A stretch of DNA of 64,000 nt from Eledone cirrhosa (GCA_964016885.1 OZ024741.1:252960001-253024000), one strand, 5' to 3'. Counted from the first letter of the stretch, positions 28,340 to 43,150 are shown. The notes: a model not told the origin generated them from the letters alone. Numbers and translations are program-made.

Positions 28340-28720
28340 ACTGTATCTACACTAAACTCTACATCATGCCATCACAAACTTCCACACAATATCTACACTA
28401 AACTCTACATCAAGCCATCACAAACTTCCACACAATATCTACACTATACTCTATATCAGGCCACCACAAACTTCCACACAATAGCAACACTAAACTCCAT
28501 ATCAGGCCACCACAAACTTCCACATGATAGCTAAATTCCACAACATTCTCCCACAAATTTCCAAACAATAACAACACTAAACTCCATATCAGACCACTAC
28601 AAACTTCCACATGATAGCTACTCTAAATTCCACATCATTCTCCCACAAACTTCCACACAATAGCTACACTAAACTGTAAACAATGTTTCCACTAAACTCC
28701 ACACAACAATAACTCCACAA
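28340..28720. repeat. Degenerate ~37-bp minisatellite
   Basis: ccatcacaaacttccacacaatatctacactaaactctacatca variants. Confidence 0.75.
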
Positions 28721-29085
28721 AAATCCACACAATAATTACAATATACTCAGCAAAATATTTCACTGAAAAAAAAAAAAACTTAAAAAAACACATAGAATGT
28801 TGGAAAACCTTTAAGTAAAACTTTGTGTAAAATTACAAAACCTGAGCAAAGTGTGGCAAGGGGCCAGAAAATGTAACGTCCTTCAGTAGGTTTCCTGTTG
28901 TCACTGCTCCTATAATATCTTGTGCTCTCCTCTGTGTGCCCACACCCTAACTCTTGTGTATCCTATATCTCTTCTATTTAATTTTTTTTTCTTTTCAGAT
29001 TTCCAAATTTCTCTTGATACAGTTTTTCTCCTGTCCTTATTCTTTATCAACTGTTCTAGGTAGATTATCATAGAGACAACAGAAA

Positions 29086-29800
29086 GTGTGTTGTGAGTGT
29101 TCTGTTGTGTATTGTATGAGTGTCTGTTTTGTGTTGTGTTGTGTGTGTTGTGTGAGTGTGTATGTGTTTTGTGTTGTGTGTGTGTGTGTGTCTGTTTTGT
29201 GTTGTGTCGTGTGTGTGTGTCTATTTTGTGTTGTGTTGTGTGTGAGTGTCTGTTTTGTGTTGTGTTGTGTGTGTGTCTGTTTTGTGTTGTGTCGTGTGTG
29301 TGTGTCTATTTTGTATTGTGTTGTGTGTGAGTGTCTGTTTTGTGTTGTGTTGTGTGTGTGTCTGTTTTGTGTTGTCTTGTGTGTGTGTGTCTGTTTTGTG
29401 TTGTGTTGTGTGTGTGTCTGTTTTGTGTTGTGTTGTGTGTGTGTCTGTTTTGTGTTGTGTTGTGTGTGTGTGTGTCTGTTTTGTGTTGTGTTGTGTGTGT
29501 GTGTCTGTTTTGTGTTGTGTTGTGTGTGTGTGTGTGTGTGTCTGTTTTGTGTTGTGTTGTGTGTGTGTGTGTGTCTGTTTTGTGTTGTGTTGTGTGTGTG
29601 TCTGTGTCTGTTTTGTGTTGTGTGTGTGTGTGTCTGTTTTGTGTTGTGTGTGTTGTGTATGTTGTGTTGTATGTGTTGTGTGAATGTGTATGTGTTTTAT
29701 GTTGTGTTGTGTGTGTGTATGTTGTGTGTGTGTTGTGTATGTTGCGTGTGTGTGTGTGTATGTGTGTGTTCTGTGTATGTATGTGATGTGTGTGTATGTT
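29086..29800. repeat. (TGTGT)/(GT)-derived minisatellite
   Basis: Unit gtgtctgttttgtgttgtgttgtgtgt. Confidence 0.9.
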
Positions 29801-29885
29801 ATGTAAGGGGGTATGTATCTGAGTGGGAGAGAGGTGTGGGGAGATAATTTTCTGTTACAAAAATGTTCTTTTCATTATAGTTGTA

Positions 29886-29985
29886 CCGAGGTTAACTTTG
29901 CCTTTCATCCTTACAGGGTCCATAAAATAAAGTACCAGTAATACACTGGGTTTTGCTGGCCTTGTGCCAAAAGTAGAAATAATTA
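29886..29985 (+). mobile_element. SINE family B 3' part
   Basis: ccgaggttaactttgcctttcatccttac.gggtc.ataaaataaagtaccag. Confidence 0.75.
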
Positions 29986-29994
29986 TAGTTTTGA

Positions 29995-32900
29995 TGATTG
30001 TTGTTGTTGTAGTTGCTGTTGTTGTGGTTTTTGTTGTTGTAGTTGTTGTTGTTGTGGTTATTGTTGTTGTTGTAGTTGCTGTTGTTGTGGTTATTGTTGT
30101 TGTTGTAGTTGCTGTTGTTGTGGTTATTGTTGTTGTTGCTGTTGTTGTTGTAGTTGTTGTTGTTGTGGTTATTGTTGTTGTAGTAGTTGTTGTTGTGGTT
30201 ATTGTTGTTGTTGTAGTTGCTGTTGTTGTGGTTATTGTTGTTGTTGTAGTTGCTGTTGTTGTGGTTGTTGTTGCTGTTGTTGTGGTTATTGTTGTTGTTG
30301 TAGTTGCTGTTGTTGTGGTTATTGTTGTTGTTGTAGTTGCTGTTGTTGTGGTTATTGTTGTTGTGGTTATTGTTGTTGTTGTTGTTGTTGTTGTAGTTGT
30401 TGTTGTTGTGGTTATTGTTGTTGTAGTAGTTGTTGTTGTGGTTATTGTTGTTGTTGTAGTTGCTGTGGTTATTGTTGTTGTTGTAGTTGCTGTTGTTGTG
30501 GTTGTTGTTGTTGTTGTAGTTGTTGTTGTTGTGGTGGTTGTTGTTGTTGCTGTTGTTGTGGTTATTGTTGTTGTTGTTGTGATGGTGGTTGTCGTTGCTG
30601 TTGGTATGATTGTTGTTGTTGTTGCTGTTGGTGTGGTTATTGTTGTTGTTGTTGTGATGGTGGTTGTTGGTGTTGCTATTGCTGTTGCTGTTGTTGTTGT
30701 TGTTATATATATATACGCCTCACTAAAGTGTTGTTGTAGCTGTATATATTTTTGTTGTTGAGATTTAGTAGTAATACTAGTGGTAGAGGTGGTATTAGTG
30801 GTAGTGGTAGTGGTGGTGGTGGTGGTGGTGGTGGTGGTGATGGTGGTAGTGGTGGTGGTGATGGTATTAGTGGTAGTGGTAGTGGTGGTGGTGGTGGTGG
30901 TAGTGGTGGTGGTGGTGGTGATGGTGGTAGTGGTGGTGGTGATGGTATTAGTGGTAGTGGTAGTGGTGGTGGTGGTGGTGGTGGTGGTAGTGGTGGTGGT
31001 AGTGGTGGTGGTGATGGTGGTGGTGGTGGTGGTAGTGGTAGTGGTAGTGGTGGTGGTATTAGTGGTAGTGGTAGTGGTGGTGGTGGTGGTGGTGGTAGTG
31101 GTAGTGGTGGTGGTATTAGTGGTAGTGGTAGTGGTGGTGGTGGTGGTGGTAGTGGTGGTGGTGGTGGTGGTATTAGTGGTAGAGGTGGTATTAGTGGTAG
31201 TGGTAGTGGTGGTGGTGGTGGTGATGGTGGTGGTGGTGGTGGTGATGGTGGTGGTGGTGGTGGTGGTGATGGTATTAGTGGTAGTGGTAGTGGTGGTGGT
31301 GGTGGTATTAGTGGTAGTGGTAGTGGTGGTGGTGGTGGTATTAGTGGTAGTGGTAGTGGTGGTGGTGGTGGTATTAGTGGTAGAGGTGGTATTAGTTGTA
31401 GTGGTAGTATTAGTGGTAGTGGTGGTGGTGGTGGTATTAGTGGTAGACGTGGTATTAGTTGTAATGGTAGTATTAGTGGTAGTGGTGGTGGTATTAGTGG
31501 TAGAGGTGGTATTAGTGGTGGTGGTGGTGGTATTAGTGGTAGAGGTGGTATTAGTGGTGGTGGTATTAGTGGTAGTGGTGGTGGTATTAGTTGTAGTGGT
31601 AGTATTAGTGGTGGTGGTGATGGTGTTAGTGGTAGAGGTGGTATTAGTTGTAGTGGTAGTGGTAGTGGTGGTGGTGGTGGTATTAGTGGTAGAGGTGGTA
31701 TTAGTTGTAGTGGTAGTGGTAGTGGTGGTGGTGGTGGTATTAGTGGTAGAGGTGGTATTAGTTGTAGTGGTAGTGGTAGTGGTGGTGGTAGTATTAGTGG
31801 TAGAGGTGGTATTAGTTGTAGTGGTAGTGGTAGTGGTGGTGGTGGTGGTATTAGTGGTAGAGGTGGTATTAGTTGTAGTGGTAGTATTAGTGGTAGTGGT
31901 AGTATTAGTGGTAGTGGTGGTGGTGATGGTATTAGTGGTAGAGGTGGTATTAGTTGTAGTGGTAGTATTAGTGGTGGTGGTGGTAGTATTAGTGGTAGAG
32001 GTGGTATTAGTTGTAGTGGTAGTATTAGTGGTAGTGGTAGTATTAGTGGTAGTGGTGGTGGTGATGGTATTAGTGGTAAAGGTGGTATTAGTTGTAGTGG
32101 TAGTATTAGTGGTAGTGGTAGTATTAGTGGTAGTGGTGATGGTATTAGTGGTAAAGGTGGTATTAGTGGTAGAGGTGGTATTAGTTGTAGTGGTAGTATT
32201 AGTGGTGGTGGTGATGGTATTAGTGGTAAAGGTGGTATTAGTGGTAGTGGTAGTATTAGTGGTAGTGGTGGTGGTGGTAGTATTAGTGGTAGTGGTGGTG
32301 GTGATGCTTTGTAGCTGCTGTCCAATGTTATTGTGATAGTGCTGGGGGTGTTGTTGTTGTTGTTATTGTTGTTGGTGGTGATGATAGTGGTGGTGATGGT
32401 TGTGGTGAGGGTGATGATATTGGTGTTGGGGGTGTTGGTGGTAATGATGATGATGGTGGTATTGGTTGGTTGGGTGGGGAGGATTATGATGATGATGATG
32501 ATGGCATTGGTTGGTTGTGGTGAGGGTGTTGATAGTGGCTGCAATGGTGGTGGTTGTGGTGTTGTTGTTATTAGTGGTATTGATGGTGGTGGTATTGGTG
32601 GTGGTGGTGGTATTGGTGGTGGTGGTGGTATTGGTGGTGGTATTGGTGGTGGTGGTGGTATTGGTGGTGGTGGTGGTATTGGTGGTGGTATTGGTGGTGG
32701 TGGGGGTGGTGTTGTTGTTATTAGTGGTATTGATGGTGGTGGTATTGGTGGTGTTATTGGTGGTGGTGGGGGTGGTGTTGTTGTTATTAGTGGTATTGAT
32801 GGTGGTGGTATTGGTGGTGTTATTGGTGGTGGTGGGGGTGGTGTTGTTGTTATTAGTGGTATTGATGGTGGTGGTATTGGTGGTGTTATTGGTGGTGGTA

Positions 32901-33331
32901 TTGGTGATGGGGGGGTATTGGTGGTGGTGGTGGTATTGGTGGTGGTGTGGGTGGTATTGGTGGTGTTATTGGTGGTGGTGGGGGTGGTATTGGTGGTGGT
33001 ATTGGTGATGGTGGGCGGGGGGGGGTATTGGTGGTGGTATTGGTGGTGGTATTGGTGGTGTTATTGGTGGTGGTATTGGTGGTGGTGGTGGTGGTATTGG
33101 TGGTGGTATTGGTGGTGGTGGTGGTGGTGGTATTGGTGGTGGTATTGGTGGTGGTATTGGTGGTTGCAATGGTGGTGGTAGTGGTAGTTGCAGTGGTGGT
33201 ATGTTATTGTTGTGGTCAGTCACCTCTGACAGTAGTGGTGCTGGTGGTGGAAGAGGTGTTGTTTTATAAAATATTCTTCTTCTTGTTATTAATATTGTTG
33301 TTGACACATAGAAGTAGTAGTAGTAGTAGTA

Positions 33332-33375
<44 letters not shown>

Positions 33376-33397
33376 TGTAGTAGTAGTAGTAGTAGTT

Positions 33398-33442
<45 letters not shown>

Positions 33443-33443
33443 T

Positions 33444-33477
<34 letters not shown>

Positions 33478-34011
33478 TGTTGTTGTAGTAGTAGTAGTAG
33501 TTGTTGTTGTTGTAGTAGTAGTAGTTGTTGTTGTTGTTGTTGTTGTTGTTGTCGTTGTAGTAGTAGTAGTGTTAGTAGTAGTAGTAGTAGTAGTAGTAGT
33601 GTTAGTAATAGTAGTAGTATAGTAGTAGTAGTAGTAGTTGTACTGTTAGTGTTAGTAGTAGTATCGTCGTCGTAGTAGTAGTAGTAGTAGCAGTAGTGTT
33701 AGTATTAGTAGTAGTAGTAGTAGTAGTTGGGTAGTAGTTATTGTTGTAGTTGTTATTGTTGTGCTGGTCACAGTAATAGTTGTTGTAGTAGTGGTGAGGA
33801 TTCTCGTAGTTGGGGTAGTAGTTGTTGTAGTTACTGTTGCTGTTGTCGTTGTGTTAGTCGCAGTAGTAGTTGTTGTTGTGGTACTAATAGTAGGGGTAGC
33901 TGTTTTTACACATGGCTGCCTGCCTGCCTGTTCTTGTTGATGTTGTTGTCATATTGTTGTTATTGTTGTTTTAAAACTTGTTGTGGTTGTTGTTGTTGTT
34001 CTTACCACAGC

Positions 34012-34051
<40 letters not shown>

Positions 34052-34125
34052 ATCCCTGTTGTTGTTGTGATGGTGTTTGCTATTGTTTTTTTGCAGTTGT
34101 TATTGTTGATGCTTGTTGTTGTTGA
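29995..34125. repeat. Compound (GTT)n/(GGT)n/(AGT)n trinucleotide field
   Basis: Direct reading. Confidence 0.9.
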
Positions 34126-34418
34126 TATTTAATCCCAAGTCAACTCTGACCAAGTAGACTTATTATATGGCTGATCAGAAGCTTTACATCCGTGCCCACC
34201 CCAACATTTCTTATTAGGCATAACATATTACCAAACGTGTCCTTGATTAACTTAGAAAGGTAGGCAAGTCTTGATTTGAGCTTCTATTTCTCACAGATCA
34301 AAGTATATTTGTTTCTATCTGTATATATATATATATATATATATACTTACATACATACACACACATATATATATATACATAAACACACACACATAAATAT
34401 ATACATAAACACACACAC

Positions 34419-34479
<61 letters not shown>

Positions 34480-34719
34480 TGTGTATGTTTGATTTTGAGT
34501 TTGATCTGGTTTGATTTGAGGTAGATTTGACTGGTATTTCTTGCAGATCAAGTATAGTAGTTGATATTTATGTATGTGTGTATATGTGTGTATATATGTG
34601 TGTGTGTGTGTGTATTTATACATGTGTATTTATGTATGTATAGAAATATATATATATAGAAATAATTAAATATATATATATATTATATATATAAAGGAGA
34701 GGTGTAAAGTTGCACCTAC

Positions 34720-34776
34720 CTGCAGGCTAGCTGTTCCATCTCTGTTCAGTTCCTTCTTCCAGTGTTGTAGTTTCAT
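34720..34776 (-). CDS. Possible 57-nt exon of an unidentified host gene (MKLQHWKKELNRDGTASLQ)
   Basis: Minus strand tgtgtag|ATG...CAG|gtaggt; open, phase 0-0; unique island among microsatellites. Confidence 0.3.
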
Positions 34777-35129
34777 CTACACACACACACAGACACACAC
34801 ACTGTCAAAAACAGAGAGCGACACACACACATATGCAAAGAGACACCACTCTATATCTCACTCTCTCTCTCTGTAGCTGCTGCTTCTTACAGTGATGGAA
34901 TCAAACTGGTGCTGTCACCGCGTTTCTCTGTGATGTCTGTGTGTGTGTGCTTGTGTATGTGTTGTGTGTGTGTTCGTTGTGTGTGTGTGTATGTTGTGTG
35001 CTGGTTGTATGTGTTGTGTGTTCGTTGTGTGTGTGTGTGTATGTTGTGTGTTTGTTGTGTGTTTGTTGTTGTGTGTATTCTTGCGATTATATATATATAT
35101 ATATATACGTGTGTGTGCGCGTGTGTGTG

Positions 35130-35400
35130 TGTATGTTGTTATGCCTGTGTGTGTATGTATTGCTGTGACAGTGTGTGTGTATGTTGTTATGCCTGTGTGT
35201 GTATATATTGCTGTGACAGTGTGTGTGTATGTTGTTATGCCTGTGTGTGTATATATTGCTGTGACAGTGTGTGTGTATGTTGTTATGCCTGTGTGTGTAT
35301 GTATTGCTGTGACAGTGTGTGTGTATGTTGTTATGCCTGTGTGTGTATATATTGCTGTGACAGTGTGTGTATGTTGTTATGCCTGTGTGTGTATGTATTG
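35130..35400. repeat. ~46-bp minisatellite
   Basis: gtatgttgttatgcctgtgtgtgtatatattgctgtgacagtgtgt repeated 5-6 times. Confidence 0.9.
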
Positions 35401-35808
35401 TTGGTGTAGTGTGTATGTATGTGTATTCATCGTGGATGGCGTGTGCATGTGTAGTGATGTTGCTACGTGTTATGATAGTGTGTGTGTTGTTGGGATAGAG
35501 TATGTGTGTATACGTAGTGTATATATAGTGTATAAGTGTATAAGTAAGTGGGTGAGTGTATATGAAAAAGTGTGTATATATGCCTAGGAGTTGTGATGGT
35601 GTATGCGTTGTGGTGGTGGTGTTTGAATAAGTATATGTCTGTATGTGTTTATATGTGTGTGTAGTACAAAAGTATGTGTATGGATGTATATTTAAGAGTA
35701 TATAAGTGTTGTAAATGTTGTGTGGTATGTATATGAATGTAAGTATGTATGTATAAAAGTAATATTTAGTGTGTGTTTGTGTGAATGTATGTATGCACAT
35801 ATATATAA

Positions 35809-35840
<32 letters not shown>

Positions 35841-36242
35841 ATATTTATTTATATGTATATGTGTGTGTGGGTTTGTGTGTGTGTATATATATCTGTAGGT
35901 ATGGATGGATGTAAGTATATATATATATAGATATAAATATGTGTGTAAGTATATGTCGGACTGTATATATGTATATATATATATGCATGTATATATATGT
36001 ATGTATGTGTGAGTTTAAGACAGATCCAGGTAAACTGCAGACAGCAGTTTTGAAAGTGTCATTTAACAACAATGACAACACCAAGAGTGTGCTGCTCCTT
36101 ATACTGCACAGATGTGCATCTATTGCAGTCTAAGAACAGAACTGGTAACTCACTGGTGGCTTGCATGTTCAAACACTTCTCTCTCTATATATAAATTTGT
36201 GTGTGTATTTGTGTATTTATATATATATATATACATACATAC

Positions 36243-36316
<74 letters not shown>

Positions 36317-36409
36317 TTATGTGTGTGTATTTATATATATACATACATACATACATACATATGTATGTATATATATATATATATTATATATATATATATA
36401 TTATATATT

Positions 36410-36627
<218 letters not shown>

Positions 36628-36634
36628 GTATATA

Positions 36635-36682
<48 letters not shown>

Positions 36683-36865
36683 GTGTGTGTGTATGTGTGT
36701 ATATATATAAATATATGTATTAATATATATATATATAAATATATATATATATACATATATATATATATGTATATATACATACATACATACATATGTATAT
36801 ATATATATATATATGTGCGTGTGTGTGTGTATGTGTGTGTATATATATATTTATATATATATATA

Positions 36866-37085
36866 TGTATTGTTATACTTTGGGAGGGTCATGTTGCCAA
36901 TAAGAAACACACGCACCAGTTGCTTTCACTTCAATTTATTATAATAAATTTATAAATTTAGGAATTTATAAATTTCCGGTTGGTTGGTCGGTTCCACAAC
37001 CAGATGGTTGTTTATATATTGTCAAAGTTCTTTCGTCACACATTCTGTGACCTCTTCAGTGACTGGGGATTCTTTTCTTTGTTTT
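36866..37085 (-). mobile_element. Hammerhead-bearing pLTR-like element (motif 37021-37063)
   Basis: Minus strand gtca-CTGAAGA-g-gtcaca-gaatg-tgtgac-GAAA-gaac-TT-tgac; tail shared with 830-893 and 15461-15517. Confidence 0.7.
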
Positions 37086-37086
37086 T

Positions 37087-37422
37087 TGCAAGGCCAATGC
37101 TCTAACCATTAAGCCATGTGCCTCCATATATATATATATATATATGACCGGGTGATGTGTTGTTTCCTTGAGCAAGACACTTTAATTCACATTCATTGCT
37201 GCAGTTTACTCAGCTGTAGAAATGAGATGATAGGGACTGGGTTCCCTATCATTCCACTGCAAAGTAGACATGTACGTGCCACGGCAAAAAAGCACCCAGC
37301 ACTCACTGTAAATGAGGTTGGTGTTAGGAAGGGCAACCAGCTGTAGAAATCAAGCCAGAATCAGTTCCCGTCCCACCCTTGCAAGCAGGGAAAAGCGGAC
37401 GTAAAATGAAATGATGATGATG
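37087..37422 (+). mobile_element. SINE family A with its head (37087-37125) inverted relative to the body (37146-37422)
   Basis: Body reads + from gaccgggtgatgtg to (gat)n; the head fragment reads on the minus strand. Confidence 0.8.
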
Positions 37423-37437
37423 ATATATATATATATA

Positions 37438-37628
37438 TAACGAAGGAAATATGGTAAGGAACCAGGTGGACCATAACGCACCAAAGTACTCAATACTTAG
37501 GGTAGTAGAGTGGGTAATAGGAAGGAGTAGGACCCCGACAGCTGAGCTCAAGCCGTTTCGACGGCTAATTCTAGACAGAATTAGCTGTCGAAATGGCTTG
37601 AGCTCAGCCGTCGGGGTCCTACTCATTC

Positions 37629-37632
<4 letters not shown>
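37438..37632 (-). mobile_element. Palindromic half-hammerhead element, family H
   Basis: Tail on the left, hairpin 37517-37632. Confidence 0.8.
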
Positions 37633-37664
<32 letters not shown>

Positions 37665-38106
37665 TTATATATGTATATGTATATACATATAAATAAATAT
37701 ATACATATATATAAATATATATATATGCATATATATATACATATATACATATTTATATATAATATATATATATAATATATATAATATATATGCATATATC
37801 AAGTATATAAATATATAAATGTATATATATAATTCAAGTGTATGTATATATAACATAGTTACTGGGATATGCATTATATGTATACTTACTTATATGTGAT
37901 TATACATTTGTAAGTATGTATGAATGTATAGTACTATATTAGCAGGGTGTTTAATGTTTATGTGTATATAGTGTATATAGAAAGAGGGACAGACAGACAG
38001 ATTTAGCTTTATGTGTACATATGCGGGGCATAGATTCAAGTGCAGGTATGTCTATCTCCCTGTATGTGTATATTCATATATATTCACACACATATATATA
38101 TATATG

Positions 38107-38180
<74 letters not shown>

Positions 38181-38202
38181 TATATATATAAATATGTATA
38201 TA

Positions 38203-38300
<98 letters not shown>

Positions 38301-38305
38301 AATAT

Positions 38306-38349
<44 letters not shown>

Positions 38350-38732
38350 TATATCTAATGTATGTGTGTATTTATATAATAGTATAGTGTGTGTAATATT
38401 AGAGTCCAGTGCCAGTAAGGGCTGCCAGTTGTGTCCCTTAATTGATGGATGAGCTCCATATAGCTGAGATTGATGGGGTTCCTTAACTGTTCACACACAA
38501 ACATCACACACACATATACACAAACACACACACATACATATATATACACATCAGCTACATACAGACAAAGTTAAGATTAATGGAGTACTTTGGCTGGACA
38601 TGTACAGATATATACAATTATATATATACTTTATATATATATACATATATATAAATATATATACATCTACATACATATATATATACATATATATACACAT
38701 ATATGTATATATATGTATATAGATGTATATAT

Positions 38733-38779
<47 letters not shown>

Positions 38780-38875
38780 GATGCATATATATATATGTAT
38801 ACGTATGTATGTATATATATATATGCACATATTTATGTATATATCTATATCTATCTATCTATCTATCTATCTGTA

Positions 38876-38910
<35 letters not shown>

Positions 38911-38914
<4 letters not shown>

Positions 38915-39262
38915 TATTCAAAATGTTAACAAATGAAAAATATTCTCATAGTCAAAATATATACTTTATTATATATATTTCAAAGGTACTGTGCTGTCTT
39001 TTCAGTACGTCCTCATCAGACAAAATATATGATTTGATATATGACATACCGATACAGTCTTGATTATTCAATTCCCTTATCAGCACAGTACCTTTGAAAT
39101 ATATATAATAAAGTATATATTTTGATTATGTGAATATTTTTAATTTGTTAACATTTTGAATAATATTAAAAACTCCAGGAAAACCCTCTTGTTGAGTGCT
39201 TCTAATCTATTGTAAAACTGCATTCGTTGAGTAATCAACAAACTATATTAATCTTTGGTCAT
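38911..39262 (+). mobile_element. Fold-back element (arms 38911-38996 / 39082-39167) with a hammerhead-core remnant in the spacer
   Basis: Inverted arms atattattcaaaatgttaacaaat...ggtactgtgctg; minus strand CTGATGA-ggacgtact-GAAA at ~38999-39019; TTGAGTGC at 39192. Confidence 0.65.
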
Positions 39263-39744
39263 ATAATATATATATATATTCATACACACACATATATGCA
39301 TACATATGCATATATATATGTATATATATATATGTATATATATACATATATATATATGTACATGTACATATTTATATATATATACATATGTATACACACA
39401 CATATATACATGCTTATATACATACAAACACAAATATATCAACAAACACCCATATACATTGTCTGTTGAAAAAGTATCCAACACTATTTTTTCCTATGAA
39501 ATATAATGGTATTTGGGAGACAAAATTATGTGGAGTGGAACTGCTGAAATTCTGCCCATAGATGGTCTTTGGCAAGATTCTGGATACATCAGTTGAAGTC
39601 AGGCATTTTCATTCAGATAGCAATGTTCCTGAGTTCCTGAATTACTGACTTGAAAAAATTTCCTTTTCATAAGCATATATTTACAGAAAATTTAATATAA
39701 TAAAATATATATGTACAATGTCCAATTTGATTTCTTCTTCGTCC

Positions 39745-40200
39745 ACTTATCCACTTATTCCTGAGAGGTTCATGGGGACAGAGTCCTCAAACATTCCTTC
39801 CAGCATGTCCTATTAGAAGCAACTGTCTCCAACTGATCTGGTTGGATCCCAAAGCATGACCAGCCAAGCTCATTGATGTTAGCCAACCATCTTATTTGGG
39901 ATCTACCCTGGGTCTCTTGCCAAGTGATTTTTTGCCAGTAAAATCTGTCTAGCAATTCTTTCCTGAGATATTCGAACTACATGCCCGTGATATCGGAGCT
40001 GTGATCTCTCAATTCAGTGATGTAGGGGCTATATCTGGAGTGACTCGCTGATATCTGAGTTACGCACTTTATTGAGTAATGTTACACCAAAGACCCTTCG
40101 GAGGAATCCTATTTCAGCTGCTTGTATTCAAGGTTGTAGTCTTTCAGTCATTACCTAAGATTCATGACAGGCCATTATCAAGATTTTAAATAAGCTCATC
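39745..40200 (-). pseudogene. Decayed RTE LINE 3' fragment
   Basis: IQAAEIGFLRRVFGVTLL...YHGHVVRISQE...GRSQIRWL. Confidence 0.75.
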
Positions 40201-40439
40201 ACTTTCAGAGGAAAACCCTTGTGATACTGACTATTTTCTTTGACAACTAAAACATTCTACATCATGAATATGCACCAAAAGGAAAATAATTACAAAGGAT
40301 TGTTATCAGAAAGACTTTCAATGTCTTTATGATGCAGTTGATTGTAAGAGACCAACTCTATGAGACTTTCAAAAGTGGCAACTGCATCATGACTTAGAAG
40401 CTCCTGCATCTTGAGACACACGAGGCATCCAAAGTATAC

Positions 40440-40765
40440 CAGTGACTACGGTCAGTTGCATCTATCAATACATCGGTACAACTTTTTTTGACAGGTTTCA
40501 GGTCTCTGAGGATTGTCTGTTGCCAGTTCATCTTGGGATCTCTTCTTCATCTCTTTCCATAGGGGCACTGATGCAGGACCTGGTTAGCATGTCTCTCATT
40601 TGGGAGTTGTGTGACGTGTCCCAACCAGCCATGTCGACACATGCACATGAGGTTAAACATACATTGTTATTAGGTTCATTGACACAGTTTGTTGTTGCTG
40701 ATCAAATCATCCCACATAATGCTAAGGATTTTCTGTAGGCTTTCAGTGTCAAAAGCATCAAATTG
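40440..40765 (-). pseudogene. Decayed RTE LINE 3' fragment, different family
   Basis: Minus-strand translation FDTESLQKILSIMWDDLISN...GWLGHV...PKMNW. Confidence 0.55.
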
Positions 40766-41699
40766 CATATCTTCATCATCACCTTAACTCACATATATAC
40801 ATTCATACATATATAAACATACTCACATTATAATACATTCACATCTTATATAGCTACATGCACTCTCTTGTGTGTGTATAATGATAAATAACCAATAGCA
40901 TGGAAAAAGCTGTAAAAACACACTTAATTCAGATAAATAACAAAACAAAAGGGTCTTCCACACCAGAGAACATTTCCCTACATTATCCAGGCTTATATCA
41001 TTCGGGTAGCAAAGTTTGAGTCCACACCACACCATATAAACATTAACCCTTTTTGCTACCAGTCCGGCCAAAACTGGCTCTGGCTCTATGAAACAAAACC
41101 ACCCATATTAAATGTTTCCAATTTATAGTAAAAACTTCCAACAATATTTCGTAAGAACCTCACATTAAGTTATTATCTTAGTAATAAAATAATTAATCAT
41201 TTTAGTAAACCCCTCAAAATTCTTCATTAATAAATTAGAAATGTTGTCATGAAAGGCTTAATATGCCACATATTACTTTGATACCTCCCCTAGTTTAGCA
41301 GACAAAACAATACATTTACCTCCCTTAGAATTTACTAACCAATGGAATCAAATTATTCTTGAAGTTTTTAATTTTTTTTATTTAAGAAACTATTTATGAA
41401 AAAATATTTACTGAAAATTATTTGTTGTGAAATAGATTTGCTATAGTCAAACATACAGAAAAAGAAAGCAGTATTGGAAAGGATTATAAATGCCATAAAT
41501 GAGAGGAAAAGGAGAGAAGCAATGGAAGAAAGAAAGGAGGAAGAGGGGGGGGGGGGGGCGACACTACACCCAGGTCAAAGAGGTGTTTTAGCTGTGCCCC
41601 ACGGACAAAATGGCACAGAGGCAAACCAATAGAATCAATTAATGAAAAGATCACACCAACAAAGATGGATATAAAAGAAGAGATACACTAAGCAATATC

Positions 41700-42540
41700 A
41701 CTTCTCATTTGAAGATTGCAATGACATGAAATTCAAGTAATGAGAGAGAAAATACAGTTTATATTATATATTTCTACCTTCTCTCCTAATAATCTATTGA
41801 GTACTTTTTTCAAACATGGTTTCTTTTCTTTTTTTTCCATTCCCTTTCAGGAAACCATTCTTAGCAGTGAAGACGTCTGGTGTCCTTGGCGTTAGGGCCA
41901 CATCCCTACTCACCACCATCAGCACAGAGTTGGCTACCCTCAAGTGTGAGCATTGCAAGCTGGAATAGCTCTTCCAGCACTTCTCCTGCACTATTCTCCA
42001 GGGAAACGCCTTCCCTATTCTGTTTGCTGGAGCCATGGGGCAGCCACCACATATGCCCACATTTACTCATAATAGTGAGAGATGGGAAGAGTAGGACAAA
42101 CGGAGGTAGTGGCAGTGACAGTGGGAGTTTGGAACTGGGTGTATATGTAATATTTCTCAGACATTACCTATGTAAAAGAATCCAGGAAAGAGATTCTTCT
42201 TTGAAGAGGTTGAAAGATTGACTGATATGTGAAGAAAGTCTTTCTAGAGAAAATAAAAAGAAAATATAGAAGAATCATTTTTCTCTTCAAACAAGCCTCA
42301 CCTAACTACAGTTCCACCATGATGACTAAACAGAGTATTGATACATTTATGAACATATTGCAACACCACTAAAAGGAGGACTTTCCTGATGATTTCAAAT
42401 CAATGGAACAGTTCAAGTCCTGTAGAAGTTATTCCTATGAAAAAAATACATTTGTATCTTCTCTACTAATGTATTGAGTACTGTATTTAACTGTGGGACT
42501 TATTTCTCATTATTCCCCAGAAACCCATTCTTAACAATAC
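41700..42540 (+). mobile_element. Decayed element with two pLTR-like units (degenerate hammerheads at 41704-41744 and 42377-42421)
   Basis: ctcat-TTGAAGA..GAAA-ttcaag-TA-atgag and ggactt-tc-CTGATGA..GGAA-cagt-TC-aagtcc; both followed by cttctct.ctaat..attgagtac..ccattctta. Confidence 0.5.
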
Positions 42541-43064
42541 TTATATATACACGCACACGGATACATAATATTCTTGGTGACAGTATTCTTTTAAATTCAG
42601 TTCATTGTCTCTATATCTATCTGTAGACAAATATGTATGTGGGTCTAAGTGTGAGTGCAAATCTGTATTCAGTATGTACAGGGTTAAATATTTGCGTGAG
42701 CCTTCTTGTTGTGTATATAGATGTGTGTGTATATATTTTTATGCAGCATGTAAAGATGTGAGTATGTGAAGGTGTGTGTACTAGAATGACATATAATTGA
42801 ATTCTCTCAGAGAAAATAAAATCTTCATTTCGAAATTTTCTTACAGAACACAGAAGCATATATAGACACATAAAGATACATATGCACATACATATGCATA
42901 TACACACACACATACATATGCATATTCACACACACACATATATATATATATATACATATACACCTATAATGTGTGTGTCTATGGGTATAGATATATAGAT
43001 CTATTCAGAATACAAGAAATATATAAAGAATTTTTTATATTTGAGTGAATATATGCGATACAAA

Positions 43065-43099
43065 TTTATGTGCATTCACACACTCATATACATATTTTT

Positions 43100-43150
<51 letters not shown>

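Noticed and set aside
27461-28343. hAT-like MITE enclosing nested inserts
   Set aside because: TIR similarity weak and no convincing TSD.
29964-33675. Gly/Ser-, Val- and Pro/Leu-rich 500-600 aa ORFs resembling structural proteins
   Set aside because: Stop-free translations of (GGT/AGT)n; overlapping frames are equally open.
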